A DNA stretch of 64,000 nt from Selaginella moellendorffii. Lineage: Eukaryota; Plantae; Lycopodiophyta. The notes below the pieces were generated by a model. That model was not told where the DNA came from and searched no databases. It was given only the letters and a program-made list of their open reading frames with translations. The translations under genes and the position numbers were made by a program. The stretch spans positions 1,633,476-1,697,475 of the forward strand of contig NW_003314279.1 in the NCBI RefSeq assembly GCF_000143415.4. Direction: 5' to 3'. Below, piece after piece: positions 14,301 through 28,215 of the stretch; the first letter of the stretch is position 1; each line of letters opens with the position of its first letter.

Positions 14301-16933
14301 CCGAGGACAAGAACTATCAGCAGCGTGAAAGAGCCGAAGGTGTTTGCTACAACCATAGTCCGAGAAAGTGAAGCAATGAATCGGAAAAGACCTCCCGACA
14401 TTTGATGAATTAGGAACATGAGAAGGAACTGCTGGAAGAACCTGAAACACTCAAACATAAAATATCAACACTATTTCTCATTAAACATCAATATAACAAA
14501 CCTGGCGGCACTAGAAGCAAATCCAACCACGTAGTACGTCATGCACACCCAAAGTGCTGATTCGAGCAGGGACACTGGAATTCGAGTGATCACGTTAGGA
14601 AGAGAAAATGCCCACGCAGGAAATAGCATCTGGTCCCGCTGCTTGTAAAATACTGGAAGGCGCGCAATGGTCATTGACAACTCCGCAAATCCATTAAACA
14701 TGATGATGATCAGGCCGAAGAACAAGGCTCCCATGTAGAGACTGCCATCACCAACAGTTCTGTGATGCATTTCGGTCCGGAGAAACACAGTCATCGTGAT
14801 AAAGGCCAGAAGAATCAGCTGCATTGGAAATTTTAGTATCAGATATATGGATTTTAGTCTTCGATAACATACCTGAGAACCTTTGAACACGTAGACGAAT
14901 GAGTCCTCTTCATCAAAAGTATCTCCCGCGCCAAGAGAGCCTTGAANNNNNNNNNNNNNNNNNNNNNNNNNNNNNNNNNNNNNNNNNNNNNNNNNNNNNN
15001 NNNNNNNNNNNNNNNNNNNNNNNNNNNNNNNNNNNNNNNNNNNNNNGACCGACATGGAACTTTTGAAAGGCATCCGCGAACTCCTGGACAGGTATAAATC
15101 TGTATGGCATCCTCTTGTCAGCCCAATACTATTCCTGGTCTTTCCTTGACGTAACTTCTTGCAAAAAGTCCGCGACACCTTTCCTCGGAGGACATTTAAA
15201 TCCCTGCGTCTCGAAGAAATCCAACACGAGTTCCCGGGGGCCCTGATATACAATCTGCCCCTCCGATAGAAGAATCAAGTCGTCGAAAAGCTCAAACGTC
15301 TCGGGAGCAGGCTGGAGCAAGGAGATGACCATGGTAGCATCGAGCACATGGACAAACTGCCTTAAGCTCTTCACTATCTGAAATGTGGTCGAGCTGTCAA
15401 GACCGGTTGAAATCTCGTCCATGAAAAGAGACTTTGCAGGCCCAACGAGCATCTCTCCTGCAAAATAAACATTTGTCATAAACAAATCGTGACCAAAAAG
15501 CTTCCAGGCTTGCAAGTCTTACCTGTAGTGACACGCTTCTTTTGTCCTCCAGAAATACCCCTGCGCATGGCGTCTCCGACAAGTATATCAGAACAAATGT
15601 CCAAACCCAAAATCTGGAAGCGAAAAAATGCATGAGAACCGCGAATCCTCTTTGATCACGATCCAAAACACGCTAACCTTCAGCACATAGTCCGTTACAA
15701 TGGAGGTCTCCTGACCCTCTATAGCCGACGCCTGTAAGAAGCTCGTAAGAACGCTGCCAACCACAAAGTGCTTATTACCTTCATGAACGCATCAACATCG
15801 GGATCCGGTTTGATCTTGGCGTTTTTCTCCCGTCTTGAAAGCTCCGTTATCATCTCTGACACAAGTTATAAGAAAGTCAATTCCACGTGCACGCCAACCC
15901 AGGACGTTGTTTACCATATCTGCTTCCCACGCCTTGACACCTAGAAGCAAAATCAAACGTCTCTCTCACCGTCAACTCCCCGCTATGCAAGTCGTGTTGG
16001 CTTATGTAAGCAGAAGTCCTTTGAGGCACAAATTCAGTCAATGTGTGGCCATTGTAGGTGACTCTCCCAGAAACCTGTAAAGTGAAATCTAAGATGAGAA
16101 CCATCTCCTAAAAGCTGGAGGACTTCCTTACCTTGAGGCTTTGGTCCAACTTTCCAGAAAGCGCAAGAAGCAGCGTAGTTTTCCCTGCGTTAGGAGGGCC
16201 CAGCAGAAGTGTCATCCTGTAGAGAAGTATGAGTACAAGATTTTCGCCGAAAGATGCAGCAATTTCATTACCTGGAAGGCTTCACGATACCACTAACGTT
16301 GCGCAAAATCGTGAGGACGTGTTTCTTAGAAGGGAGCAAGTGTAGCTTTCCCAAGATTTGCTGGAAAAACAAATCACAACAAAAAAGTAAGAGCCAGAGA
16401 GCGATGAAAAGATTTTTTTGTTAATAGTACGAACCTGGGACATGTTGATGACAAAGTTAAACAGCGTCGGTAGAGCTCGCTTGCCGACACGTACAGCAGC
16501 TTCGATTTGAAGTCCTTCGTACCTCACCTCGATTTTGGGAAGGTCTATCCCGACTCTGAGACAATTGTTCCAAGAGTGAGAAGAAACTCGAATCAAAACA
16601 GTTCTACTACCTGTCGATCCTTTCCCGGAGCTTGCGGATGAACATCTCGTTCTCCGTGTCCGTTGTTGCCAAGAGCTTCTCCACAAGATTCCTCCTCTCC
16701 GTGAGGCCCAAGGACTTGACATCAATGTGCTCATGGCGAGTGCTCCCATGCTCGCCCACATTCTTGATTATGGCCGTCCGGAGGCGATCGTATGTGGGAA
16801 GCTTCTCCAGCGCGGCCCATTTCAGCGCCTCCTCATCGTCCACCTCCCTGACCGAGCTGCGCGAGAAGACATTTTCCGTCCACGATCGCGAGCTCGCCGC
16901 TCTCATCAGCTCCACGTCGGTCGGAAGCGCCAT
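11375..16933 (-). CDS. ABCG: Full-size ABCG (pleiotropic drug resistance, PDR) ABC transporter, multi-exon
   Basis: N-terminal [21 protein letters not shown]; NBD1 GPPNAGKTT and [12 protein letters not shown]; NBD2 [51 protein letters not shown]; two TMDs; C-terminal FNFQNR. Short GT-AG introns. N-gap at 14947-15046, with an in-frame TAG at 15129-15131 and a 1-bp frameshift near 14905. Confidence 0.93.
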
Positions 16934-17922
16934 CGCTCCCCCCTTGTCCCCTCAATATTTTCGGCAATATCTGGAATTCCGGGGCGAGGCGACCTACAAA
17001 ATTCCACCCCCGATTCGACGAGCTACCACTAGAAGTCGATTCGATCGAGATCCAGATCCCAGATCCTGGCGCTACATCCCTGGATCGATCGAGCCGGAAG
17101 AAATGAGGAGAATGGAAAATAGTTTGGGAGCTAGGGCTTTATATAATTGACCTCTTTGGACCATGGCCGAAAACTTCCACAAACAAGCCCATGCTACTCC
17201 ATGGAAGCTTCTCATTTATACGCTTCTGGGCTGGGATTTGATCCGACGGTCCAGACGCTTAACTAGAAAGCGCACGTGATGCTGTGATTTCGTGACCCTC
17301 TTCTATGGGACATATGGAGAGTCCTCGCCAATAAAAACCTGTTCTAGACAAAGTAGGAGTGCTCTTCTCGACGCCGCCGCACACGCTTTGGCGTGGATGC
17401 AAAGTTTTCTTCCCGGGTTTTTGAGCGAAATTTCGAAATAGAAGCGTTGACAGGGTGAATATGCTGCGTACACTAGTTGTTTCAGCAATGGTGTTTGAAC
17501 ACCACCAATAGGATTGGAAAAAAAAATGGTGGTTGTTTCCTCGAATTCGACCGGAATCGTTCGGCTATTCAATGTGACCTGATCAAAGGTCTTTACAAAT
17601 TGTAGTAACTTTTGATTACTGAAGAAATTTTATGTTTACTGGAGTTATTTTATTCAATATAATTCAACTAGTTTGGAGTCAACTTTGATTTGCGATCTTT
17701 GAGCAGCATTCAAGATAGTTTTGCTCGGTGGAAGGAGGTCCCGTGCTAATGTAAAACACTTCGGTTTACTAGCAGTTTTTTAAGTACAACTTGTGGTAGA
17801 GTTTGATCTCATTACTAGCAGCTTTTAAATACAATATGTGCTGTCATAAGATCTCGCTGCGCTATATGCTAAACATTCGCGTTTGCAAATCAAAAAGCGA
17901 TTGAGATTCTCATCTTGTAAAC

Positions 17923-19120
<1,198 letters not shown>

Positions 19121-19706
19121 TTGCCGCTAAAACCCTAACCCAAGAACCCTAAAAGAAAAAGTTGAAATATATTTTTGACCAGCCATCGCTCCATTCTAGC
19201 CCTAAATTCAAACCTGTTAATTATTTCTTTTTTTTTTCCTTTAAAAATTAAGTTATTTTGAATTTAAAAATTAAGTTAAAAATCAGTTTTAACAAGTCTA
19301 TTGCTATTTAAATTTTTGGTTTGCTTAAGTAAACGTTATAGCGGTCAAACCGGGACCCATTTTCATTCATGGACAGCAACAAAGCCTCAAAGAAAACACA
19401 CCTTTCTAGTCGTAATGTCTGCCAAACACGCCACACGCTCAGACTCTGCTCCCCACCTCTGAGGTATCAATCTCCTTTCTCCCCAACCTCGCAAAACCCC
19501 TCCCTCAAGATGTCCCACCACGTCAGCCTGTTCGCCATGTGAACTATTCGCCAAGAAGCGCGATACAACCAAAAAATAGAAAAAGTTAGGGTTAGGGTTC
19601 GACAGAGGATTCAGTTAAGGCTTTGCTAACTAGTCACCGATTCGAACGGCGTTTACTTGTGTGTCCTCAACTCCTAGACTAATGTCACATGCATAACATT
19701 GTGTAG

Positions 19707-22700
19707 TCATTTCCTCTTTTTCGAAGGAGAGACTTGAAAAAACATGGGTCTGATTGAGCGCTCTCTAGGACTTCTAACATTGCTGTCGAATATCAAATTA
19801 GAGAATCGTAATTCTGTGGCTAACACTGTCCATGGCATTGCACTCTCTGTTTGCTGAGCCAAAATTGTCATCTTAGCTTGAGTTGGCTGATCTATTACCA
19901 AATAGGGCCCATCGTACCGTGAAGAACACTTCCTTCCTAGGATGCCTTGCACCACAACTTTGGCCATGACAGAATCTCCAACACCAAAGGGATGATCATT
20001 GATTCTTTTTCTTGTAGTTCCTTGAATAACGAGCTTGTGCCTGTTCAATGTTTGCTCTTGCTCTTTCTTCCAAGATTGGCCTGTGATTCGAGCTTTCTCC
20101 AATGTAGTTCTGGGATTCAATACCATCATTGGTTGCGGTGAGATCTCGCTCAAAAGGTGAAAAACCTGTGGACTCGTGTCTTGTTGTTCTGTAAGCAAAG
20201 AGTACTTCCGGCAAAACATTGTCCCACTCCCCTTTCTTGAGCAAAATATTTACTGAGACCATCTTTTCTAGTGTCTTGTTTAAGCGCTCTACCATGCCAT
20301 TAGTTGAAGGTTTGAATCGTCCTGTCAGGGTGTGCTTCACACCCATTCTGCAGCACAGTAGGGAGAATGCCTCACTGCAAAACTCTTTTCCCCTGTCAGT
20401 AAGGATCTCCTCTGGGACTCCATGTCTTAAGATAACATCCTCGTAGATAAACTCCACGGCAGTCTGAGTAGATTTGTCTTTTACTGCTCGTGCCTCAACC
20501 TACTTAGAGAAGTAGTCCATGCAAACAACAATATATTTGTTGCCATGTCTGGAGGGGAAGTTGAAAGGTCCAACAAAATCAAGTCCCACCCTTGCAAAGG
20601 CCCTCCAATTGGCAACGGCTGTAATTCTGAGGTTATAGATGACCGCATAGGAGCATTAGAGATCTTGCAAGCCGTACATGAGGCTATCACCCGATCAACA
20701 TCATTCCTCATACCAATCCACCAGTAATGCTGCTGTAAATCATCTAGGATCCTGTTCCGTGATAAATGTCCCGATAAAGAGGAAGCATGGTATCTAGCAC
20801 GAGCTCATCGACCTCATCCCACTGAACTACCAACAGGTATTGATTCAGCTCTCTTGAAGCGATGTACATTAGCTTGCCATCTAGCACACCAAACTTATCT
20901 CTTCCTCGATTGAGTTTTCTCCTCACTGACTTGTCAATGCCAGGAACAATCTCTCCTGATTCAGCAAAGGCCAAGCGCAGTTTGTATTCTTCGCGATCCA
21001 TCTGAAGTCCAAAGCAGGGATAACTACCTCAACCAACCCACACACTTAAATAATCAAGTCCAAATGGGGATGCTCACGCGGATGGAACTACAACCCAGAA
21101 CAGGAATGATAAATATTGCCACGATAGCAAGGAAATTCAACAAGTTTGTGAGACAGTCTAGCTGTGAAAGGCTCTGGATAACCCATCTGCGTTCGAGTTT
21201 TGTGAGCCTCTTTTGTAAACAATTTCATAGTCATATCCCATTAAGTAAATCGACCATCGCTGGAGACGACCTGAGAGTGATCCTGAGCCTTGAAGAGCCT
21301 TGAGCGCTTGGTGATCAGTTTCGATTTTGACTCGGGTGCTATGGACATAAGCACGGAAGTGTTTGAGTCCCTGTACTACAGCAAGACATTCCTTTTCCGA
21401 AATGGAGTAATTTTGCTCAGCTTTCTGCTATAATAAGCAATGGGATGTTCTGCATTGCCAATCTGTGCCAATATTGCTGATATGGCAAGTCTTGACGCAT
21501 CGCACTGCAAAAGCTGCACAAGATGGATTAATACATTACCAGGCAACCACAATACCTGCAATCAGGATAAGATAATATAGGCTACTTGCACAGCTCCCGC
21601 TTTAGTTCTTCAAAGGCGTTCTGCTGCTTGGCACCCCAAGCCATCCGCTCCGACTACTTTAGAAGCTTTGTCAGTGGCAAGGCCCTTTCTGCGATTTGTT
21701 GATAAATCTTCGATAATAGCCAGCCAGACCAAGAAAGGCTTTAATCTGCATCGAGACATTAGAGTTCCAAACACACGAAGGAGAACTCGTGTACCTACTT
21801 CTTTCCCTCAGGAATAGGAAACTCCTTCACTGCTGATATTTTCTCAGGATCCGGAGCAATTCCTTTGCCAGATACCACATGTCCAAGAAACTTAATTTCG
21901 CGCATGAAGAAGTGACATTTTTTTGGCTTAATCTTCAGACCTGCTGCTTTCAATCTATAAAATACCTTTCTGAGGTCTGTGATGTGGCTACATACTCCCC
22001 GAGAATAGACATTAACGTCGTCTATATAGACAAGTGACGATTCCCATCTGAGCGTACCGAGGACACGGTCAATAAGTCTTTGAAAAGTAGCACTCGTGTT
22101 ACATAGCCCAAAAGGCATGCTTTTGAACTGGTACAAACCATCCTGGCATGTAAAAGCTGTCTTTTCCTTATCCTCTTCTCTCATAGGCACTTGCCAGAAT
22201 CCAGAGGCTAGATCAATTGAGGAAAACACCTGCGTTACAACACATAAGTACCAGCATACCTCTCTCTCAGACATCTACCTGTGCACCAGCAAGCTGGTCG
22301 AGTGTATCATCTATTTGTGGTAGTGGATAAACATCACGCTTAGAAATGGAGTTCAACTTGCGATAATCAATGCAGAATCTGGTTGTGCCATCCTTCTTCT
22401 TGACGAGAACCACTGGCGATGCCCAGGGTGATGATGAAGGCTCAATTACGTCAGCATCTAACATTTTCTTAATCTCCTCGGAAACAATCTTCCGCTGTTT
22501 GGGAGTTTCACGGTATGCATGCTGCTTGATAGGCTTGCTTGAGGAAGTATGGATCTCATGATGAAGCATATCAGTTTTGCCCAGGTCAAGAGTTCCAGTA
22601 CTAAAAATCTCCTGATACTGCCACAGCAACTCATCAAATTCAGAAACGAGATCCGTACCTGAGAGCATATCTCCAACTTTTAGTTCTCCTTTTATCCTCC

Positions 22701-25100
22701 CAAGGAATTTTAGAGCCTCCTCATCTAGTGGCAGCTTTTCTGACGACATACAGCTCACTCCCCCAACATAATTTTTGAATGGTTCTGGCAATCCAAGAGC
22801 ATCCAGACCATAAGCAGCTGTATAGCACACAATGTCTGAGATATCTTCACATGCTGCCTCGGCTATAGGATCACCCGACTTGACGTTCACCGTGGAGGTT
22901 GTCAAGTTTGCCATAAGGATGTCAGGCTTGTCCTTATATGCAGAACTAATTATTCCATTAGCTACTGACATGCCTCTCTAGAGTGCCTGATATGAGGACC
23001 ACAAGTGAACGTTCCCTTGCAGCAACAAATAAAGAATTGTGTTGGGACAAATGCCTACATGTACTGGGCATGAATACATGCAGCATGGAACAAAACAAAT
23101 TAAATCACAACCTGTGACATAGGAGGAATCGTAATGTCTGCGTCCGCTTTTAGTAGCACCACCTTTCGATCAACCAAAAATACTTTGTTTGCAATTGCCT
23201 CTGCAAAGAGCAACCACAGCTTGTGAGGCAACATCAATCTGGATGCCATGTTACCTTTGCATGGCTCCTTCCACAGATACATCCCTTGCTTGATTGGAGC
23301 AAATGTTTTAAACTCGGAAGTGCAACAAAAGGCTTTGTGTGAAGATTCAGGTTTAAGCAGACCCCCCAACTTCACAGGTCTGTGACCATTGGAGAAAGTG
23401 AGTTGCCTCTCCCTTATTTCAATCTTTGCACCTATAGCATCCATCCAATCAAGTCCCAATAGTGCTGCATTTGCACACGTGACTATACATGTCATCCTCA
23501 CTGCTGTGTTCCCAACCTTCAAATCAAGGTTGACTAGACCTCAAGGTGTATATAGCTCATCATTGATCATGTGTATAAGTATGTGATGACAAGGGCATAC
23601 CACCTTGGAGGCCTCGGTTACCCACTTTTCTAGCACTATTGTCACTTCATAGCTTGTGTCCACCATGGCCACCACTCTCTCAGAGAAATCTGAGTTCAAC
23701 CATAAAGATAACAAATTGATCTTCTTTTGGTCCACCATATCATGACCATTACAAAATTTTATGACTGTAGTGTAAGCAATCAAAGAGAACAACTTAAGAG
23801 ACAGTCCATAGGGTTCAAATATAGAGGGAAAGGGCCCATGAATAAAAGTGCATCCCCCTTTCTAATGGGTCTTAGGATAATTGGGTTAAGCGTTCTAGGG
23901 TTTGAATAGTACTGGGTTGGGTGACCTCCTGGGAAGTCCAAATTCAAGAGCTTACATTTGGTATCAGAGAAGTCTCGAGTTTGATTCTGTTAGTTAGTTT
24001 AGGGGAATCACATTTGAGATTAACATTTGGCAAGTTTAGTTTGCTTCTGGCTGGGCTAGACCCGAGGGGTAGGGTATTAAGAGAGCAAGGCTCTCGGGAG
24101 AGATGCGGCTCTTAACTTACATTCACGAAGGCGTGAATTTGCAGAGAAGCATGATGGATTGTAAATAACCAAAGAGAACGGCTTGAGAGATGGTCTATAG
24201 GGTTTAAATATAAAGGGAAAGAGCCCATGAATAAAAGTGCAACCCCTTTTCCAATTGGTTAATTAAATGTCCTTAGGTTTAAATAATACTGGGTCCCAAA
24301 AAGTCCAAATTCAAAAGCTTATATGTAGAAAGAAGGGTAAGGTATCCATTATTTGCGTCTGACCCTTGCACAAGCGCAAACTCTAGTTTAAATTCTCTTC
24401 CGAAGACTTTGCTTTAAGGGCCTCAACTTACCAGTTCAGGTCATTGTATCACTTCTCTAGGTCAGCAATGTAGGTACAATCATGTTGAATGTGGCCCTCT
24501 TTCCCAGAAGTGTAACAACCAATCCTTTTGCTAGGTCCCTTGTCCCTTTCCCCATCAGTAGGTGCCAACTGCTTGACACCACTACCTACCATGGAACCAT
24601 TGGTATATCTGTTTTTTTGAGACCAGCTACCTCTCGAGAAAGTCTCACCTCTTTTGGCATCATAGTGGTAGTCCTCTGGCTCTCCTGAGTCATCACTCTC
24701 TTGTATCTATGGCTGAGCAACACGTGTTGTAATTGCTTTGGGTTTCCACTTTTTTAATGCTTTTGCTGCCGCAGAAAGCAATTTGTCCATAGATCTCGTT
24801 TTTGCAGTGATCAGATAAGGCTGCAAATCCTCACGAAAGCCTCAATAAAAAGCTTGCTTCGCCATCCTTTCTACCTTTTCAATGTCATTAGAGATATATG
24901 TGGCAGCCCGTTATAGAACAGCCCAATATTGCTGCACAATTTTGCCCTTTTGATAATTTCTTGTATTGATAAGTTCAAAGGCTCTATCCTCTAGATCCCC
25001 AATGATGAAGAGCCTCCTGGCCAAAGCTATGGCCTCATTCCATAATGTATGATAAACATTCTTTGTGCCTCTCTTGAGAAAGCTATAGAGTGAATGCCTT
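19707..25100 (-). mobile_element. Decayed Ty3/gypsy retrotransposon (gag-PR-RT-RH-INT) with intron-like interruptions
   Basis: Protease AMVDTS (about 23660) and LLGLDWM; [17 protein letters not shown]...[10 protein letters not shown] and VYIDD; RNase H LQCDAS and NADGLSR; integrase GVPEEILTDRG and NGMVERLN. Many stops and frameshifts. No LTR pair found. Confidence 0.9.
23771..24323 (+). mobile_element. Cassandra-like TRIM with 5S rRNA-derived LTRs
   Basis: LTR1 23771-23956 (TG...CA), PBS TGGTATCAGAG 23959-23969, about 200 bp internal region, LTR2 24160-24323, and TSD TGTAG at 23766-23770 and 24324-24328. 23885-23939 (GTTAAGCGTTCTAGGGTTTGAATAGTACTGGGTTGGGTGACCTCCTGGGAAGTCC) matches the plant 5S internal control region. 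Confidence 0.88.
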
Positions 25101-26615
25101 GCATAGTGAGGGTATGTGTGGAAAAAGATAAAAATTGTGGCCCAAGAAATGATGGAATGGATGGAATGGAGGCCATATTATGGTGGATGATACAGAAGAG
25201 GACTATGTGTGATCTGATGTTGCAATTGGAAGTAGTAGCTAATATTGGGATTTGATGTAGTGTAAGATGAAATGGCCAAATGCAGCTGGAAGCATGTGGA
25301 GTGAGAAAATTTGTTTGCTCCACTGATGAGTGGCTGGATGCTTGTTCTATGTAGGCCCAATTGACTGAAGAAAAGAGCTAGAATGTCTCTAGATTTACTG
25401 CAAGTCTCATACTGTGATGGTTTAAATTGTATCTTTTGTCTCCAACGTCCAAAAAATTTGATTTTTGTTGCATTATATTGTTGAAAGTCTTCTCAATAGA
25501 GTGATGTTGGAAGATCCTAAGTACCATGTATATATGGTGTGGAAATAATGAAAAACAGAGAGTCGGTATTTGTGATGATGGAATGCAATAATTATAAAAG
25601 TGAATAGAGTAATGATTTGTGAATATAAATGAATGGGAATGAAGAGGAGAATGTGTTCCCAAAAGTGATAGAGACAAGAACCTGGGAACCAAGAGGAAAG
25701 GCCGGAAGATGAACAAGCTCCTAGACAAGTGGAGTTAAGGCCACCTTGAGGCTAGAATCTAAGCTTGAGCTTGTGTTGGCAAGAGGATATGGCATAGAAG
25801 GACATGAGAAACAAGTGAAAACAAAGAAGAAAAAAAAAGAAAGTTAAAAGCCCAAAGAGAGGAGAAAATTCACTGCTAGTGAAGAAGGTAAGTCAAGCTT
25901 TTCTTAAGTGTTGTTGTGAAGGAGCTCCCCTTTGGAGGGCAAAAGAAATCCTAGAGAAGGCCTTGGATTCCATAGAAAGTTAAGCTGAAGTTAGGCATGA
26001 TGATCTAAAGCTTGTGGTGTCGAGAGAATTCGAGACCACAAGAGATATTGATATAAGACTTGGAGTATGGTGTCTAGTTGTGCTGGCTGCTCCTGGATGG
26101 AGAATGTTGATGCTGTTGAAGAGGAGAAACTCACATTGAGTGTTTGTAGAAGTCTAGTGGGCAAAAAAAGTGTTGATGCTTGGGAAAACTACCACAAAAT
26201 CGAATGAATTTTGTGGCTATAGTCGGGTTGGACCATTAGAATGAAAGAAATATAAAGAAGTATGAGATAAGAGGGAGAAGCTTTAAAATCACACTTGGTA
26301 TTATTGCATTGCAACTAATTTATACCAAGGATGAAGTCAAAAGCTTGACTTAGCACCAATTTGAATTTCAAGCTTGAGATCTCCCACACCCACAGTTAAG
26401 TCAGCCTCATGCTATGTATATGCATGTGTATAGCTGTTGCCATAAAAATAAAAATTGGCTCTATAGCAAAATTGAACTATAGTTGACAATGTGTGGCAAT
26501 AGGTTGAGCAATAGAAGATAAACTTAAGCCTATATTAATCAATATGAAGAGAATAATAAAAAACCTTTTGTTATAAAAATGAGTTCGGAAAGTAAACATT
26601 GGATGAATTAGTGCT

Positions 26616-26830
26616 TGTAAGACATAAATCCCTAAGCTCTAAAGTGGGGCCGAAAGAATGCCACATGATAGTGGCCAAAATGGAATTTCAACGAGTGTAA
26701 CATGTTTGGACTAAAAGCTCTGACTCAAAAAGTTAAGAGCAGGAGTGGAACTCCTAACGAATTGCTTAAAGAACGAGTATAAAGTAATCAATAAGTGAGT
26801 CTCTAGAAAGGGATACAAGATGGACACACA
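26616..26830 (+). repeat. Degenerate fragment of LARD-family LTR 5' end
   Basis: TGTAAGACATAAATCCCTAAGCTCTAAAGTGGGGCCGAAAG... aligns with the LTR start at 55700. Confidence 0.7.
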
Positions 26831-27572
26831 ATTGAATAATCAAACTCAGTTGATGGTAGTATTCATAGCTTGTGATATAGCTCCTCTTGCTTTTGTTACA
26901 AATCTTTATATTGAATAGAGTTTTTTCATGGGAATCTTAGGGATGATATATATCATTGGTTTAATCACTATATAGTGATTACCACTTATCATTCTTAAAA
27001 TGGTGCTTGCCATTTATGTGAGTTTCCCATGTGTTTTTAAGGGATAGCATTGCAATGGGACAATAGTTTAAGTGTAACCACTCATGCAAATTGGAGTTTT
27101 CTCTTGAATTTTTTCAAATGTGCATTTATGTATGCTAATGATTATGATGATACCTTCCAACAATTATATTGTCTTTATCAATGGCTGCCTAAATTAATAA
27201 TACAATTTAGCATTCGCTTCCAGAGTTTCTTGTTTTGTGTGGAGCCAAATATGTTAGGAGGGAGCAAGTTAGGAGTGTTGTGGCTGGAGCAAGTGCATGC
27301 AAAAGTCCCACAAAATTTTGACAAAGTGTTGTGTTGATGATACTCTTTATTTGGTACAATATTGTGAAATATCATCTCTTCCACTTCTCATTACATGTTC
27401 TTTAGCTCCACTTTCTATTGATTGTAGCCATGATGTCCACTATTGGGCATATGATGAGGTTGGTCACACATATCAACATTGTTAGCATTTTCTAGATTAA
27501 CATCCTCCATTTCCTAACTGGAGGCTTTGGCATCAACAACATCCTATTAGTGTTGTTACAATAAAAGGTTTA

Positions 27573-28060
27573 TGTAAGTAACTAAAGAGAACGACTTGAG
27601 ATACCATCAAATATACAAGGAAAGGGCCTATAAAAAAGAGTACACCTGTTTTTCCCATCGGTTAAGGGTTTTGGGATACTTAAGGTTAAACATCCTTGCA
27701 TTTGAGTAGTATTAGGTTGGGTGACTTCTCGAAAAGTCCAAATTCAAAATTTTATATTTAGTATCAGAGAGGTCTTGAGTCCAACTTTATTGGTTGGCTA
27801 AGGGAATTATACCACATGTTGAGATTGATATCTGGCAGGTTCAATTTGCCTTCGGCTGGGGTCGACCCGAGGGGTAGGGTGTTAAAAGAGCAGGGTTCTC
27901 AAGAGACCTATAGCTTTATCTTCTGTTCACGAGAGAATGAACTTGTAGGAAAGCGTAATGGATTATAAGCAACCAAAAAGAATGATTAAAGAGACAATCC
28001 ATAATGATTTAAATATAGAGGGAAAAGGCCTATAAAAAAGAGTGCACCCCTTTTTCAAGG
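27573..28060 (+). mobile_element. Second, more decayed Cassandra-like TRIM (3' LTR truncated)
   Basis: Colinear with 23771-24323: LTR1 27573-27756, degenerate PBS TAGTATCAGAG, same internal region, LTR2 from 27964. Confidence 0.82.
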
Positions 28061-28088
28061 TTTTGAGATCAAGGGGTTCACTTAACAC

Positions 28089-28215
28089 TACAAGCAATTA
28101 AATTTTTCATTCTATTTTAATCACTTAATTATGCCTTTAACCAGTTGGAGGAGTCTCATGTATAACCTCCATAAATCCTCATCCTAACTTAGGGCACTTG
28201 CTAACCCCATGCGTG
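28089..28215 (-). repeat. Degenerate fragment of LARD-family LTR 3' end
   Basis: Similar to 31611-31735 (…AATTTTTCATTCTATTTTAATCACTTAA…TTGGAGGAGTCTCA). Confidence 0.6.

Noticed and set aside
19370-19510. Possible polypurine tract (GAGGGAGGGG, minus strand) and short 3' LTR of the intron-bearing gypsy
   Set aside because: No second LTR copy or TSD found upstream of gag, so it cannot be supported.
19570-19600. GTTAGGGTTAGGGTT as a telomeric array
   Set aside because: Only two units; could be a telo-box-like promoter motif or chance.
23885-23939. 5S rRNA gene
   Set aside because: Only the internal promoter part is present, inside the LTR of a TSD-bounded TRIM.
26860-27540. Possible decayed integrase fragment
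   Set aside because: Only vague motif echoes with many stops; insufficient to call.
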